A DNA stretch of 63,196 nt, filler included, from Rhabdomonas costata (GCA_019059605.1; 34 parts of 34 records of this genome joined end to end with filler, not necessarily neighbours in it), one strand, 5' to 3'. Shown: positions 50,385 to 62,842, counted from the first letter of the whole stretch. The notes: generated by a model from the letters alone, not told the origin. A program made the numbers and translations.

Positions 50385-50682
50385 GACTACCCTGCAAAGC
50401 ACAGCCATGCCCTCCGTTATGGTCTGCAGGGCCATGCTGCCAGCGGCGCTGGAATTGCTCGGTTCAGCTCCTCAGCAGGTCCAGTAATTTTGTGAACGTA
50501 GAGTGAGTGATTTGAGAAAACTGTGACACAACATGAATTAGAATTAAAGTATTAAAGTCATTCGTTCCCTTGCCCGTTACCAGCGGTATGTCCCCTACAG
50601 AGTCGACCTTGCACTTCCTCAAACCAGACATCGACGGCTTTTCTTTCCCTTGGGCCTCACGGGTCCTGGTCTGCCTGTGCAG

Positions 50683-50767
50683 ATTCTTAGCGGACTGGTG
50701 TTCCTGCACAAGCTGAGCATCTTGCACCGTGATATCAAGCCCACCAACATTCTCGTCAACTCGTATG
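50683..50767 (+). CDS. Ser/Thr kinase exon (subdomains VIa-VIb), STE7/MAP2K-like
   Basis: gcag|ILSGLVFLHKLSILHRDIKPTNILVNSYG; HRDIKPxN catalytic loop. The donor is either G|gcgtgc or GGC|gtgctg. Confidence 0.85.
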
Positions 50768-53055
50768 GCGTGCTGCCTGGTCTTAGGGACTTCAGGTTCC
50801 CTGAATGCCCCACGGCAAAATGGTTCAGAATCCCTCTGATCTGACCCTGATCTGATCCCTCTGATCGGACCCGTCTGGGAAGATCAAGCCTCGCCCCTTC
50901 GCGCACCTGGAAAGTTACGTTTCCAAAAGGATGCACTTCAGTCTCAAAGTTCAGACTTCGTGGTCACAATTTAAAAAAGGGGGGGCTACCGCGCACCAGG
51001 CGAATGATATGTGCATGTCGAGCGCATAGCGCGCCCGCTAATGTGAAGCCAATGTGGGGTATGTTCCGGGGTCTTTCTGGCTATAATTTTTGTTGTGTAC
51101 TCTTCGGGAGATGAAGGCTGAATTACATGCACCCTGCTCATTCCCGCGGCTGCAGGGCTTTCCACTCGCTGACAGCTGAGTGTATCTGCTGGACATGTGA
51201 TCTGCGTCGGGAATCGCGGGTTTTGGGGGGTGCACTGGAGCCCGCGCACGTTGCACTGCCACCACTAGCGGCGCGAGAAGAAGCACTTTGATGGATTTAG
51301 ACACCGCAGACACCGCACCTCAATCATCCCTCAGAGAGCAAATTCCCTAGCGTCGGACCAAATCACCCCATAGTCTTGGCTAGGAACGGAAGACAATCCC
51401 ATCCCAGGGTGCTGCCCAGCCCAGCCACGGCCAGGTTTTTCGAAGGAGCCGCGTCAGCACTTTTCTGTTGGGTGTGTCAAGGCCCAATTAGAAGACAGCG
51501 GTCCCGATTGTGCCGAATAAATTAAAAACACAGTATCTTGCCGCTTGGGTTGTTGTGGGTTGGATGGCGCTCCTGGACTGGCACCGTCTTGCTGAAACTT
51601 GACCCCAAGTTGAGGAATGTGACGGCGGCATAAAGCCGGCACAAGGAAACCGTCAATCATCCCGTACTGCCGCCACTGCCCCCCCTCCAGCGCCTTCTGC
51701 CCCTCTGACGCGGCTTGGAGTCCCGCACGCAGTCCCTCGCTTCCTGAACTGGCCCGCCTCGGCAGCGTCCGGAGCTATGGAACATCACACCGCTCCCGCT
51801 CCCGTCGCAGCAGTGTCGAGGCACTCTCTGGAGAGCCACTATGCAGGATGCAGGAGCCCCTCCACCGAATACGCTCTCTGGAATACCCCCCACACCATTC
51901 TGTTCAAATGCCCTTGCGTCTATGACGGGGAAATTAGAGAAACACTGCGAAGGGAACGGAACTCAGGCGCCCGAAGCTGATGTGATAGGCAGATCAACTC
52001 TTTCTCCTGACGCCTTCCGNNNNNNNNNNNNNNNNNNNNNNNNNNNNNNNNNNNNNNNNNNNNTTAATTAATTAANNNNNNNNNNNNNNNNNNNNNNNNN
52101 NNNNNNNNNNNNNNNNNNNCCAACGCAGTGTGCTCCATGTATTGAGCGCATGCTCTTAATTTAATCCGAAGTTCAGACTCTGATGTATACTCATCCGCCA
52201 GCAGCAGCTTTGACATGCATCCAATGAATCTGCTCGGGAAAGGCTGCCAAATGGTTGTTGGGGTTAGGGGGTAACAGGTACCGCTTTTAGCAGAAAACTG
52301 CCTCGAAATATGTGCTAAATTAACTCAAAGGTCAGGCAAAACATGCCAGCACTCTCAAAATGACTTGGGTGGGGTATTCCTTACCAGCGCCCTAGATGAT
52401 TTTATTTGGATTGTTTCTTACTTAGCTGGGCAAAATTACTGCTGGCTGAGGACTCATCAGTGGATGGCATATGGGGGACGAGTAGAACAGCATTATTGCA
52501 GGGGTGAAGGTGAAGGCCAGGGACGCCCCAGTCCCCGCCGGGCGGCTCGGGCGGATCCTGACCTGCGGTGCCTTTAACTACTTTTAAACATGCTTCCATT
52601 GAAAAATTGTTACCTCTAGTAATGGTTTCCAATAGTAACCCCCCCCCTCACATACACAGACTCAAACCCAACCTCCCGAGCACCGAAGGGGAGCAAAAAG
52701 AGGAACAATTTGGCATGAGTAACCTCAAAAGTGTCGATTTTTGCTTCCAGCTTTATGTGGGGACCAGGCAAAGGTTATCTGCCCGTTTCTGAACTAGCTT
52801 TTGGTGCCACCATACATGGCTCACGCATTTTCACTACGCTGCCCTGTGTGTCGCCCGCTGCAAAGCGAAGGAGAGGAGCAAAGAATTGTACAATGATGAG
52901 GCTGACCAGCGCTTTCCCTTTTTTTCCTCGGAAAGAGGTGGCTTCTGTTCTCCATCCTACCCGCACTGCTTCTTCACTCTGTGCGTATGCCTGTATCCTT
53001 TTTTCCGTCTCAGGTTTAACCTCTCTCTTTTTTTGTCGGCTTTTTTATACCAGGA

Positions 53056-53470
53056 ATGGAAAATTTTCGGTTGTGGATATTTTTGGTGGTGATTGCGCTG
53101 CTGTTCGTTGCCGAAGTGTACAGCATTGCCCCGATTACTCAGTCATGTGTTCCAGGGAATTCTTCGGGCTTCCGGCGAAAGTTCGCCGCACGATATGCTC
53201 GACGCCCGATATTTTCTCGTAAAATTCCGTGCAACCTCACAGACGCCGAGGCAGAATCTATGTGCCAGTGCCCTGCCGCGCCGGTCTTGCAGGAGGCCTC
53301 CTCACGACTTTCGGAGGTGCAGCGGCAGTCAGGGTGTCCCGTGTGGAAGCTGGTGACCCGCTGGGGGGATGGTGTGCTGCGATTCCAGAAGCGGGCGAGG
53401 CAGGGCTTCTGCGAGACGACGGGTGCGTGGGGGAGCGTGGAGCGGGGAGTGAGGGCAGAAACGAACCCAC
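53056..53470 (+). CDS. Possible signal-anchor/secreted protein, first exon (3' end uncertain)
   Basis: MENFRLWIFLVVIALLFVAEVY hydrophobic N-terminus after a pyrimidine tract plus AG; open frame with NSS/NLT sequons; no family recognised. Confidence 0.4.
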
Positions 53471-54049
53471 GTACCGGTGGTATATCACAAGCAACAGTTG
53501 CAAAACAGCTCGTCACGCATGCGTGTGGACACACCCAAAGCTACCATCCGCTTGCTCAACCTTGTCGTGTCCATAGACTGATGCAAATCCTAGCGTGCGC
53601 AGATAAAATCTTGTCTTGTCTCATTGCGCGGCAGCCCTGCGCCAGCAATCAGAGAGGCACACCTCAGCGAACTCGTGAACTCTTCATAGCACATACATTA
53701 CAAACTGCGGAGGGGACTTGTTGCACAGTAAGAAACAGAAGTACATTAAAAAGAACCTGTGTTCACATGCAGGCTGCAGACTTTCCCAACTATTATCACT
53801 CATATTCACCGTCTCTTTCTCTCTCTCTCTCGCTCGCTCAGTAAATCATTCTCGTGATTACATCCACACAACCAAACCCANNNNNNNNNNNNNNNNNNNN
53901 NNNNNNNNNNNNNNNNNNNNNNNNTTAATTAATTAANNNNNNNNNNNNNNNNNNNNNNNNNNNNNNNNNNNNNNNNNNNNGTTGTTGTGGTACTAGACAA
54001 GGAAATGTGTGCAGACAGTGCACTCCCTGCTGGATTCTGCCGAGTGCCG

Positions 54050-54560
54050 GAATTGAACGGTCTCACTCCTACTTGGACGATGTTCTGACCAGATCTTGCT
54101 CGATACCTGGGAGTCGTCCAGGCCCAAGGTGAGGCCGTCGGTCTTCGTCTCAATCCCGGCAAATGCCGGCTATGGGGCCCCGGGTCGACCTCATCTCCTG
54201 ACTTTTCTGAGCGGACATCCCTATTCAGCGTTGGGATTCTGGCCTTCGAATCTTGGGTGTCCCTGTCGGCTCTCAAGACTTTGAGACGGCGGTAATGCGC
54301 GCTTCGGCCAACAACCTCAGCAAAGCCCTCGTTGAGCTCTCCAGCATTGCCTGTCCACATTCGGCGTCTCTAATCCTCCAAGAATGTTTGGCCAAAATGG
54401 CCTACCTCCTTCGGACCTTGCGATTTCCGGTGGAGTCTGGCCGCGTCGACCAGCCACATGCGCTCCACGTGGGGCTGGAGTCCCCCTGCACCCTTCCGAT
54501 CCGCTTGGGTGGATTCGCCTTGCAAGATCCCGTGCAGCTCCACCCCTCAAGCAGCAGTTA
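54050..54560 (+). mobile_element. Decayed non-LTR retrotransposon RT, CRE/SLACS-like; boundaries approximate
   Basis: Ordered motifs across frameshifts: SYLDDVL, VGLRLNPGKCRLW, LRILGVPVGS, SLILQECLAKMAYLLRT, LPIRLGGFAL. Confidence 0.75.
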
Positions 54561-55532
54561 CTGCGAAATACTCCAGTACCACGGGCATTCAGTGCCCTAC
54601 GTCCCCTCGCTCACCCTCTCCTAGACTCCTGGTCGTCGCAGAGCTCTTGGACGGCCGTCGCCCTTCCATCCTTCTTTCTACTTTATCCGTCATCCGAATC
54701 TTCTTTACTCTCCGTCCTACTTTTGCACCTAGATTCTTGTTCAGCTGTCCCTGATTTCCCCCGGGGTTTCGCCCCTTCTTCTTCCCTGCCTTCCACCTAA
54801 TTTATTGTCGGTCGGTTTTTCTGACGAAAACAAATTTCAAACTGTACATAGTGCCCCTTGTTTTGCTTCTCCGTTTGCACTGGTTTACCGTTCTATTTCT
54901 CGCGTTCCTTCTTGTATTTTTCTTCGGTGTCACCGCGCAGCGCCTATAGTTGTGTTCCAGTCTGCTTGCGTGTAAATCAATGCTGGTTTTCCTTGCGTTT
55001 CTTGTAAAAGCTGTTTGGTCCAGACCCCTGCTCCAACAAGAGTTCGTATCTTTCCATAAGTGCATCTTTCCAGTATCTTTCCATGAGTGACAGCGGTGTG
55101 GCGAATTGTTGTTTGCGGTGGAAAACTTTCAGAACGTTGCTCCTGGTTCACCTGGCCATCAAGCGGGCCTTCAGAGCTACCGGGATTATCTTGTTGGTGT
55201 GCTGCGTGCTGTCCATTGGGCTTGAGTCATCATCCCCTAAACCTCGCTTAATCGTGAACAACACACCAGTTCTTCTACAACCGAAATGGCCGTCCACCAT
55301 TTCAAAATGAGACTACCTTCTGAGCACCACAAGTGGGGAAGTACCTCGAAGAGCGCGAGTCTCCCACCAATCAGCAGGGATGGGTACCCGTTGAAGATGA
55401 TCTCTCTCCCATCCGCTGAAAAAGATTGGAGATTGGTGCACTTTGTTTCACCCATTGCAGGCTTCGTCTGGGTGTGAACCAGAAATGTCACCCCAGCAGG
55501 GATTCGAATTGGAAAGAGACTCGTGTAGCGCG

Positions 55533-55536
<4 letters not shown>

Positions 55537-55590
<54 letters not shown>

Positions 55591-55600
55591 ACACACACAC
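55537..55600 (+). repeat. (CA)n microsatellite
   Basis: About 30 CA units with one interruption. Confidence 0.95.
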
Positions 55601-55852
55601 CCTCCACATCCCGAAATTTGTGCGCGGTCAACACCAGAAACCCAGAAACCGTAAAAACCGACTGTTTCCTTCGGAAACTTTCGTTTCCCGGGGCCCAGGA
55701 GAAGGCGACGGGAGGAAAGGTACACAACTGTTTTCATTTTCACAACCAAAACNNNNNNNNNNNNNNNNNNNNNNNNNNNNNNNNNNNNNNNNNNNNTTAA
55801 TTAATTAANNNNNNNNNNNNNNNNNNNNNNNNNNNNNNNNNNNNNNNNNNNN

Positions 55853-57211
55853 GGTTTGGTGGGGAAGGTGGGGAAGGCCGAGGCCAATGGGGGGTGGTTC
55901 ACCCAGGTGACGTTGAGGTTGTATTGGGACACTCCGGTGACACGGAGGTAGTCCCCAGGGCAGTCCGTGACGGTGAAGTTAAACGTATCGATGCCCCAGG
56001 TCAACGGGTCTGGCTTGTACATTACGATGTGAGGAGGTGCAAGGTACGCTGCGGCACGGTCGTGGGTGCCAATCAGCTTGATGGCATCCACCTCGAAGAA
56101 GCTGCGGAAGGCGCTGCAGTCGAATTCCAGTCTAAGCACATCTACGGGGAAGGGGGTGCCGCAAATGGGGATGAAGTTTTCGACTGGCGCGGCGGGGTCT
56201 TCGGGAAGGGCGCTGCCCATCCAAAGAGTAAGCCACGCAGAGGCGTTGTACGGGCTGGGGGTCCGGACCCGTACAAGCTCCCGGGGCCCGACATTCTGTT
56301 ATTGCGGGAGAATTGTAAAGTTGGTGGGGTAACTTGTTGGTGACTTTTAGCCTTTCTTTTTGCTCTACACCACTAGGAAAAAAGCAAAAGCGAAACTTTT
56401 CAAAGGAGTTGCCGAAAACAATGAAGAGAAAGGTCACACCGATCTACCAGTACGTTGGTAACGCTTGGCATGAGGAACACAGACCAAAAAGGGGGTGCGC
56501 CAAAAATAGAGTTTCCAGTATGGAATTTAATGTGCACAATAAAATCATCGAGAAGCTCGTCCGTGTCCAATCGGTCCCTACAGTCTCACAGTAAGACAAA
56601 GAGAGAGAGCGCGTCCAAGCGGCCGGCAGACCAGTGCCACAAACCCTTTCGAACTGACACGGCGGCTGTTTCAATCGCCGTGCGGATGGAGACTTGGGTC
56701 TCCTCAGCCCTCAGGTTCCCAGGACGCCAGCGAGCTTTCCGATTGCACCCAGCAATGATTGTAAAGGAGCATATTGCGACCCGAAAAGCAGTTTTTGGTG
56801 ACGTCACAGCAGTCTTCAGCCATTGTGGGCGCCTGCCCAAAGAGAGGAAGAGACAGAGAAAGGGATTTCGCTCACCTCAATGACAACCAGCCCCTGTGGA
56901 TAGAGCTTGGCCGGGAACTTCACCGTGATGAACTCCGTGAACGTGTACTGCGAGTCCAAGGTGTCAAACGAGTTCACGGCAGGGCTCCAGGAGGCCGAGG
57001 AATCCCCAAACGTGAACACCTCCTGGGGGCCTACCACCATAGCGGCGCCGTAGTAGGGCAAGTTCTGCGTGAATTCAGAGCTGAAGTCCAGCACCTCGGA
57101 GACCCACAGCTCAGCCTGCATCATCGCGGGGATCAGCGCGGTGACCGCAACACCGCCGTGATACAGCGTGCCTCGAGAGGGCAAGGAGCCCAGCACCACC
57201 GAAACCACGTC
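55853..57211 (-). CDS. Large extracellular protein: FBXL4-N/pappalysin-like beta-sandwich domain nested in a cadherin/Ig-like repeat (exons 57211-56876, 56295-55853)
   Basis: DVVSVVLGSLPSRGTLY...WVSEVLDFSSEF...VGPQEVFTFGDS..SWSP...EFITVKF..KLYP..LVVIE|NVGPRELVRV...WLTLW...VLRLEFD...FEVDAIKLIG...VMYKPD...GIDTFNFTVTD...VTWVNHPPLA; GT-AG intron in phase 0. Confidence 0.75.
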
Positions 57212-58548
57212 CTTGGGATGAAGAACAGAAATCACTTCGACACAAACAAACAATTAGGGCGTCAGGTGAGGCACGGACGCGATGCAGGGACGCCCATGAC
57301 ACTCAAGAGTCATGCGATCAAATGGACCATACTGAGCAGAGCACCCATTTCACCCACTCAGTCGATTTGAGCGCCTGCAGAGATGTGCTTGATCAGCACC
57401 ACTCAACACTTGGCCGATCTTCTTTCTAATTTATCACTTGAATTAATTTCCCCAATAGTTGTTGCTCGATCCACGTTAATCCAAATTGCAAAACCAACTC
57501 ACCGTGCGCCGCGGGGTCCCGAGGAAGCAGCGTGCTGCGAGGTCAAATCCGAAAGAAAGAAAAACAGAAAACATGGCACGCACATTATTTGCGCCTAGCG
57601 CACCCCCCACCCCNNNNNNNNNNNNNNNNNNNNNNNNNNNNNNNNNNNNNNNNNNNNTTAATTAATTAANNNNNNNNNNNNNNNNNNNNNNNNNNNNNNN
57701 NNNNNNNNNNNNNGTTTTGTTGGACGATTTCATAATAGGGATGTGGGGCCTTTTCTGGCGAGCGTGGTGCCACGGTGTTCTCAGAGTATATTGGAATCAG
57801 CTGTTTCAGTTGTTTGGAAAAGTTTTGTTTTTGGGTCTCCCGCGCCATCCACAGCGAACATCGAGAGAGTGGGGAGTTTGGCTTGATTTCATGCTCGTGG
57901 GAAAAAACGGGGCGTCCGAAACTCGCCCAAGCGGAAAGTGGAACCATTCACTGGTACACTGCGCATGGGGAATGACAAAAACGATGGCTGCGATGGCGTA
58001 CACTGGCTCCCGATTATGCTCGATAGCGCACGATGCGGCTCGGAAAAAATGGAGCCTGCAGCTGAAGCTGACCTGTGCCCTGGCTGTGCGTTATGTACAA
58101 TCTTCACGAGTTGAAACACTCTTTACCGAATATCTGGAGACTAAATTCGGACATTTCTAACGGCCAGAGTGACGTTTTGGAGCACGCATGACCGCGCGCG
58201 ATGACAAACGATGGCGCAGAATGGCGACTGACAGCCACTCAAGCGTCAATGGGGTTCGCTGGAGCACCCTGGCTGCGATGTCGACCGATACGGATTGAGC
58301 ACGCACAATAGAGCTTCCGCCATAGCTCGGTGCCAATCCAAATTGTGCTACAGTGTGAGTGAGTGAGTGTGAGTGAGTGAGTGAGTGTGTGTGCGTGTGT
58401 GGAAATTTCATCGTTTCTCAATGAAAGAGTTGCTTTGCTTCTGATATGCGTTGTTCTTTTTCTCGATATTCTGCCACAGTGACGGACGGTGGTTGTGTGC
58501 TGGTGTGGTGGATGTAGGGAGAGGGTGGGGGTTGAGGGAGGGGGGTGC

Positions 58549-58932
58549 CTGTGTAGAGGGACCATTTCCCGGCCTTCTCCCCGGAGCCCTTCTTGGAGCC
58601 AAGCAGCCTGGCGTCGCGGTACACCGCGAAGTTGGGGTGGTAGGGGTACCCGGCCTCCTCGGCCTTCAGTGCCAGCAGGGCGGCCGTCTTCAAGCGGTTC
58701 GTCAGCAGGGCAAAGAGGTAGGGCGTGGCCCCGGTGCAGTCCCGGGCCCGCAGCTGCTCCTCATTATACTCAGAGCCGCGGAGGTACTCCTCAATCTTGG
58801 TGGCACTCGGGGGGACGTCCGCGGTCAGGGCCTTCCAGATCCCCTTGGTGTGCTCCGCGGCGCGCTGTTTCAGGATCCTCCGCTCCTTGTGCTCGTCAGC
58901 GCTCTTGTACTTCCAGGGCTCCTGCCGACCTT
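58549..58932 (-). CDS. Ankyrin-repeat exon, resembling the N-terminus of TRPV-like channels
   Basis: ttcag|...ARDCTGATPYLFALLTNRLKTAALL...SLYT G|gcaccc; GC3-rich, 384 nt. GxTP ankyrin motif plus terminal LYxG as in the TRPV ankyrin finger; the channel call is tentative. Confidence 0.55.
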
Positions 58933-59405
58933 CTGAAGAGCCCCCGCCCACCCCGATGCCCTTTTTGCATTCAATTCTGTATGAAGGCTGAACAAGGTTA
59001 AAACTACATACAAGTGGTCTAATCATACCAATAATACCTACTACCGACCCAATATAGGTCGGGGGAAGGGCAACCACCTGTTCCCCTCTGCAAGCCTCCG
59101 GACCTGCACCTAACGCCCTGAGTCACCTTGGAAACGGGAGTGGGGAGGGGGGAGCACTTACTTCGGCACACACACACATGTATCTTCACCATATTCACTG
59201 GGTGACTATGGGAACGGAGCCGGAGCTGAACCGGAGGACCTGGCAGGGGCACCATAACATGAGCTAGACCGGTTATGGCTTGCATGCTTTCGGAACAGTT
59301 CAGTTGCAAAGACACAGAAATCACAGAGAAAAGTGGAACGGAACGGGCACCGGAAGAGGGCAACGGCGGGGTATTTATCCACGCTTGAGGCCATTTAAGG
59401 GCCAT

Positions 59406-59470
59406 TTTGGGGTATTTTTGAGCCCTTTTTGCCTTTACACAAGCTTGCAAGGGCCCAAAAATACCCCAAA
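59406..59470. repeat. Inverted repeat with 22-bp arms at contig end
   Basis: TTTGGGGTATTTTTGAGCCCTT (59406-59427) vs AAGGGCCCAAAAATACCCCAAA (59449-59470); 1 mismatch. Confidence 0.85.
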
Positions 59471-60659
59471 CACCNNNNNNNNNNNNNNNNNNNNNNNNNN
59501 NNNNNNNNNNNNNNNNNNTTAATTAATTAANNNNNNNNNNNNNNNNNNNNNNNNNNNNNNNNNNNNNNNNNNNNTTGGTGTTTTGGGAAGGTAGATGGTA
59601 TTCGGGTAACGTTCAGTGCTGGTGGCGGTAGTGGGTGAAAGCGGGGGTGGCTCCTGGTTTATGGGTTGTTTAAGTGCTCGTTGCAACGGCTCGGTTGGTT
59701 CAAAATATGACGGGTAGATGCGGTTGGAATGACGCACCCATGGGAGCACCTCCTCAAGAAAAGTTTGGGGGATGGTGTAGGATCCAGTTCCCTCCAAGTG
59801 GGGTAGGAATCGTCCGAAGAGGGCGAAATTGGTGGGGAGGGTTCACGCGGTTCAGAAGGGATGAGTTCGCCTTCAAGAGATGGTGATGGCGAGTGTTCAG
59901 CAAGATGTAAGGTAGGAGTAGTGTCCCGTGGGCGCAGGATAAGTGAAGAGGTGGGGGGAACTCTGTGATCGGCGGCGGCTGTTTTGGAACTGGGGTTAGT
60001 GGTTAGTGGTTGCACCACAGGTTGTGCTCAATGCTCTTCGGCAATTTGTGGCAGTACAATGGTAGCTCGTTTTGTTGGGGGTATATGGTGAGGTCCTACC
60101 AGCAGGGATTCGTCGTAATCAAAGGGATCAGGTGGAAACAATGGTGAGCGCGGTTGTGGGTAGGGATCATAAGAGGAACAACAGTCAGTTTGTTCACGTT
60201 GATCGGAGTGAACATAATATGGAGTGGACGGCATAACCACGGAAGTGGAGTGCTCCCCCGCTGGAGCCAAACACTCCCCCACTGAAGCTGAAGGAAGTGG
60301 TCAGTCTGGGAAAGAGTGGGCTGTGGTGGTAGCGGTGGGTAATTTAAAAGGACATGGAAAGGTACCATCAAATGGGGAGCAAAGCGACGAGATGCGGGAA
60401 GGATGTGAAGGGGATGTTAGCGCGATGTTAGTCCCTCGGCGTCGTCTCACAGGAGCGTGGTGGTGGGTTATCAGACTCATCTTCTGAGGCGGCGGGGGAG
60501 GGTTGCGGTGGATGTGGCCGGAGTTCGGGTGCATCTTATACGCCGCCACAAGCGATCCCAAGACTTCCGCCGTCACAAGCCTTCCGACAAAGCGGTAAAC
60601 ATCGGTTGCAGGTGTGCGTAGTGCGGGGGTTATGTAGGTTTTGAACTTCCATAAGTCTC

Positions 60660-60940
60660 CAGTAAAGGGCTTATTTCGGTGCAGGAAGGTGCAGCCCAGC
60701 ACGAGAATGGGGCTATAACTCCGGAAAACAGCCGAGCTGGCCTTTTGCAGAGCAACACCGAGCAACACATGGACGTGGGTGTTAAAGGTGAGAGTCGACC
60801 AATTGGCCAGTCGCACTGAAATGAGGTGCTTCAGTTTTTTCAGCGGTAGCGGGAGCTCCTTTACAGTGTTGTCACGGATGAAACATTCCGAGGCGCCCGA
60901 ATGGAGAAAGGCAAGGACTCTTTCCAAATCTACGTGGTAG
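60660..60940 (-). mobile_element. Decayed LTR retrotransposon (Ty3/Gypsy-like) aspartic protease; the surrounding contig is likely the same element
   Basis: RVLAFLHSGASECFI (catalytic DSGA mutated to HSGA), ISVRLAN, ILVLGCTFL: retropepsin motif order. Confidence 0.7.
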
Positions 60941-62595
60941 GAAATGCAATGGTTTGGCTCTGGTGGTTCGTGTCTGTCACTGCCAAAATCTGCTCGACCT
61001 AATGGTTTAGGAAGCACCGGGAAAGGAATGTTAGAGAAGGTTGGTTTTACGGCAGGTTCAGTGGATGACTTCCGACTTCCGTGTCACTGTCGTAACGGAC
61101 GTTGCTGACAGTGCTGGTCGGTTCCCATCACATTTTCCCTCTGTTTTTGGTGTGTACTCCGTCAGGCTCACACATGGTGATTCCTCTAACTACTACAACT
61201 CACTAACTGGACTACTGTACAATGCGCAACACACGCAATAAAGCAGGCAGCTTGTTGGAGGCAACTCATTGTCAGACGATGACAGTAGGTGTTCTTCTGA
61301 CGACTCGTTCAACACTGACCCATCTCCGGAACTGGNNNNNNNNNNNNNNNNNNNNNNNNNNNNNNNNNNNNNNNNNNNNTTAATTAATTAANNNNNNNNN
61401 NNNNNNNNNNNNNNNNNNNNNNNNNNNNNNNNNNNAAGACCTCGCCGTTCAGACGTAACATTGTTTCTGCGCGTACGTATGGCAACAAATCAGGCTTCAA
61501 GGGAAGCATTCGCTGGGAGCAAAAGTGGCCTTATTAGGGATTTTCGTGAGCAACAGTACAACAGTACAACAAAATTGAAAGAAAGTACAACGCTCCCAGT
61601 GCAAAAAGTACATTTGGGGAACACCGCAAAGGATATGAAAACAGATCAGCAGCCATAGCAAGGTAATCAGAACAATTACAACAAGAGAACAATGCACACA
61701 TTCTTTCGAATTAGAAAACAAGCGAGACTGGAAGCATCTTTCGCAAAAAGAACGGCTGTAAATGAATGATAGAACTATAAGGGCAACAAAAATATCAAAG
61801 ATTAAATATCAAAGATCGTTTGCCTTTGGAGATAAATTTAGCCACATGTCGAGTTTACAGGAAGTTAGTCTACACAAGGGAATTCGGACTTCGACTGTAG
61901 ATCAGTTTCGTGCAGTATAGTCATACTTATTCCGCTTCACAGCCGATCCCATCCCGTAAGCGAAAAGAAGCTTCTGCGCGCAATCTGGAGGAGTGGAAAA
62001 GATTGAAATCGGCGAGTTTTTCGAGAGACGGAGAGTGGAGAGAATGTGGTTTCGATCCTTTCAGGGCCAATACGTGACCTTCACAAAACAGGTTCCCTTC
62101 TCTGGGAAGAGACCGGGGTGGCAAAGCTTCACGCAAAACTCCGTCTCCACCCCCGGGACCAGGCTTGAAAACTCAACCTCTCCTTCGCCTGTGGAAAAAG
62201 AACGGCCCAAAGGGAATCCCCGCAAAACCTTCAAGACTCAGCAGACAGTTTTACAGCAGTTGAGCAAAAACGACAATGGATCATTCTCCCCTCAATTTGC
62301 AGCGAATTTGCTTTAAACCAACTTTGAACCGTTTTTGAACGAAAACGTCCTCAAACTCAGCAGCCACCAAAAGCACCCAGGAATGCGAATGACCGGTCTT
62401 AAAAGAGGGAGGGCGCACAGGCAGAAGGCCAGGAAAGCAGAAAGACTGCGCAGTTATCTCAAGATGAGGGTGGAACTGAAAACCACCAAAATGGAGTGAA
62501 AAAATATATTCAGATTTTCATGGATTTAAAATCTTCCAGAAACTGGAAACGAACTGTTGGGGCCTCGAAAGGTCCCACCTTTCCGAAAAACACAC

Positions 62596-62842
62596 CCAGC
62601 TTGATCTTCCCTCGATTGTCGTCCAGCACGCGAATGTGCAAAGGGCCTGGCTCTTGAGGAAGGTTGTCAAACACAAACTTGGGCGTCGGATCCCACAGAG
62701 GGTTGAGAGTGTTCTTGGCTGAAGTGCTGCGCTCCTTGACACCGTCAACAGTAAACTCGACATAGGGGCAGGCCTTGTTTGTGGAGCCTACGTTGTAGTC
62801 CTTCAGACCCTCGCACCTCAGGAGTTTGACGGTAAGAGACAT
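62596..62842 (-). CDS. C2-domain protein, first exon
   Basis: MSLTVKLLRCEGLKD...PYVEFTVDGVKERST..KNTLNPLWD..FVF...LHIRVLDD...LG|gtgtgt; the ATG is preceded by ctcctttctttcaag. Confidence 0.88.

Noticed and set aside
1764-61435. Regularly spaced TTAATTAATTAA elements resembling a periodic array or CRISPR
   Set aside because: They are embedded in N runs of fixed length and are a pipeline linker, not biology. ORFs ending in XXX...LIN are artefacts of it.
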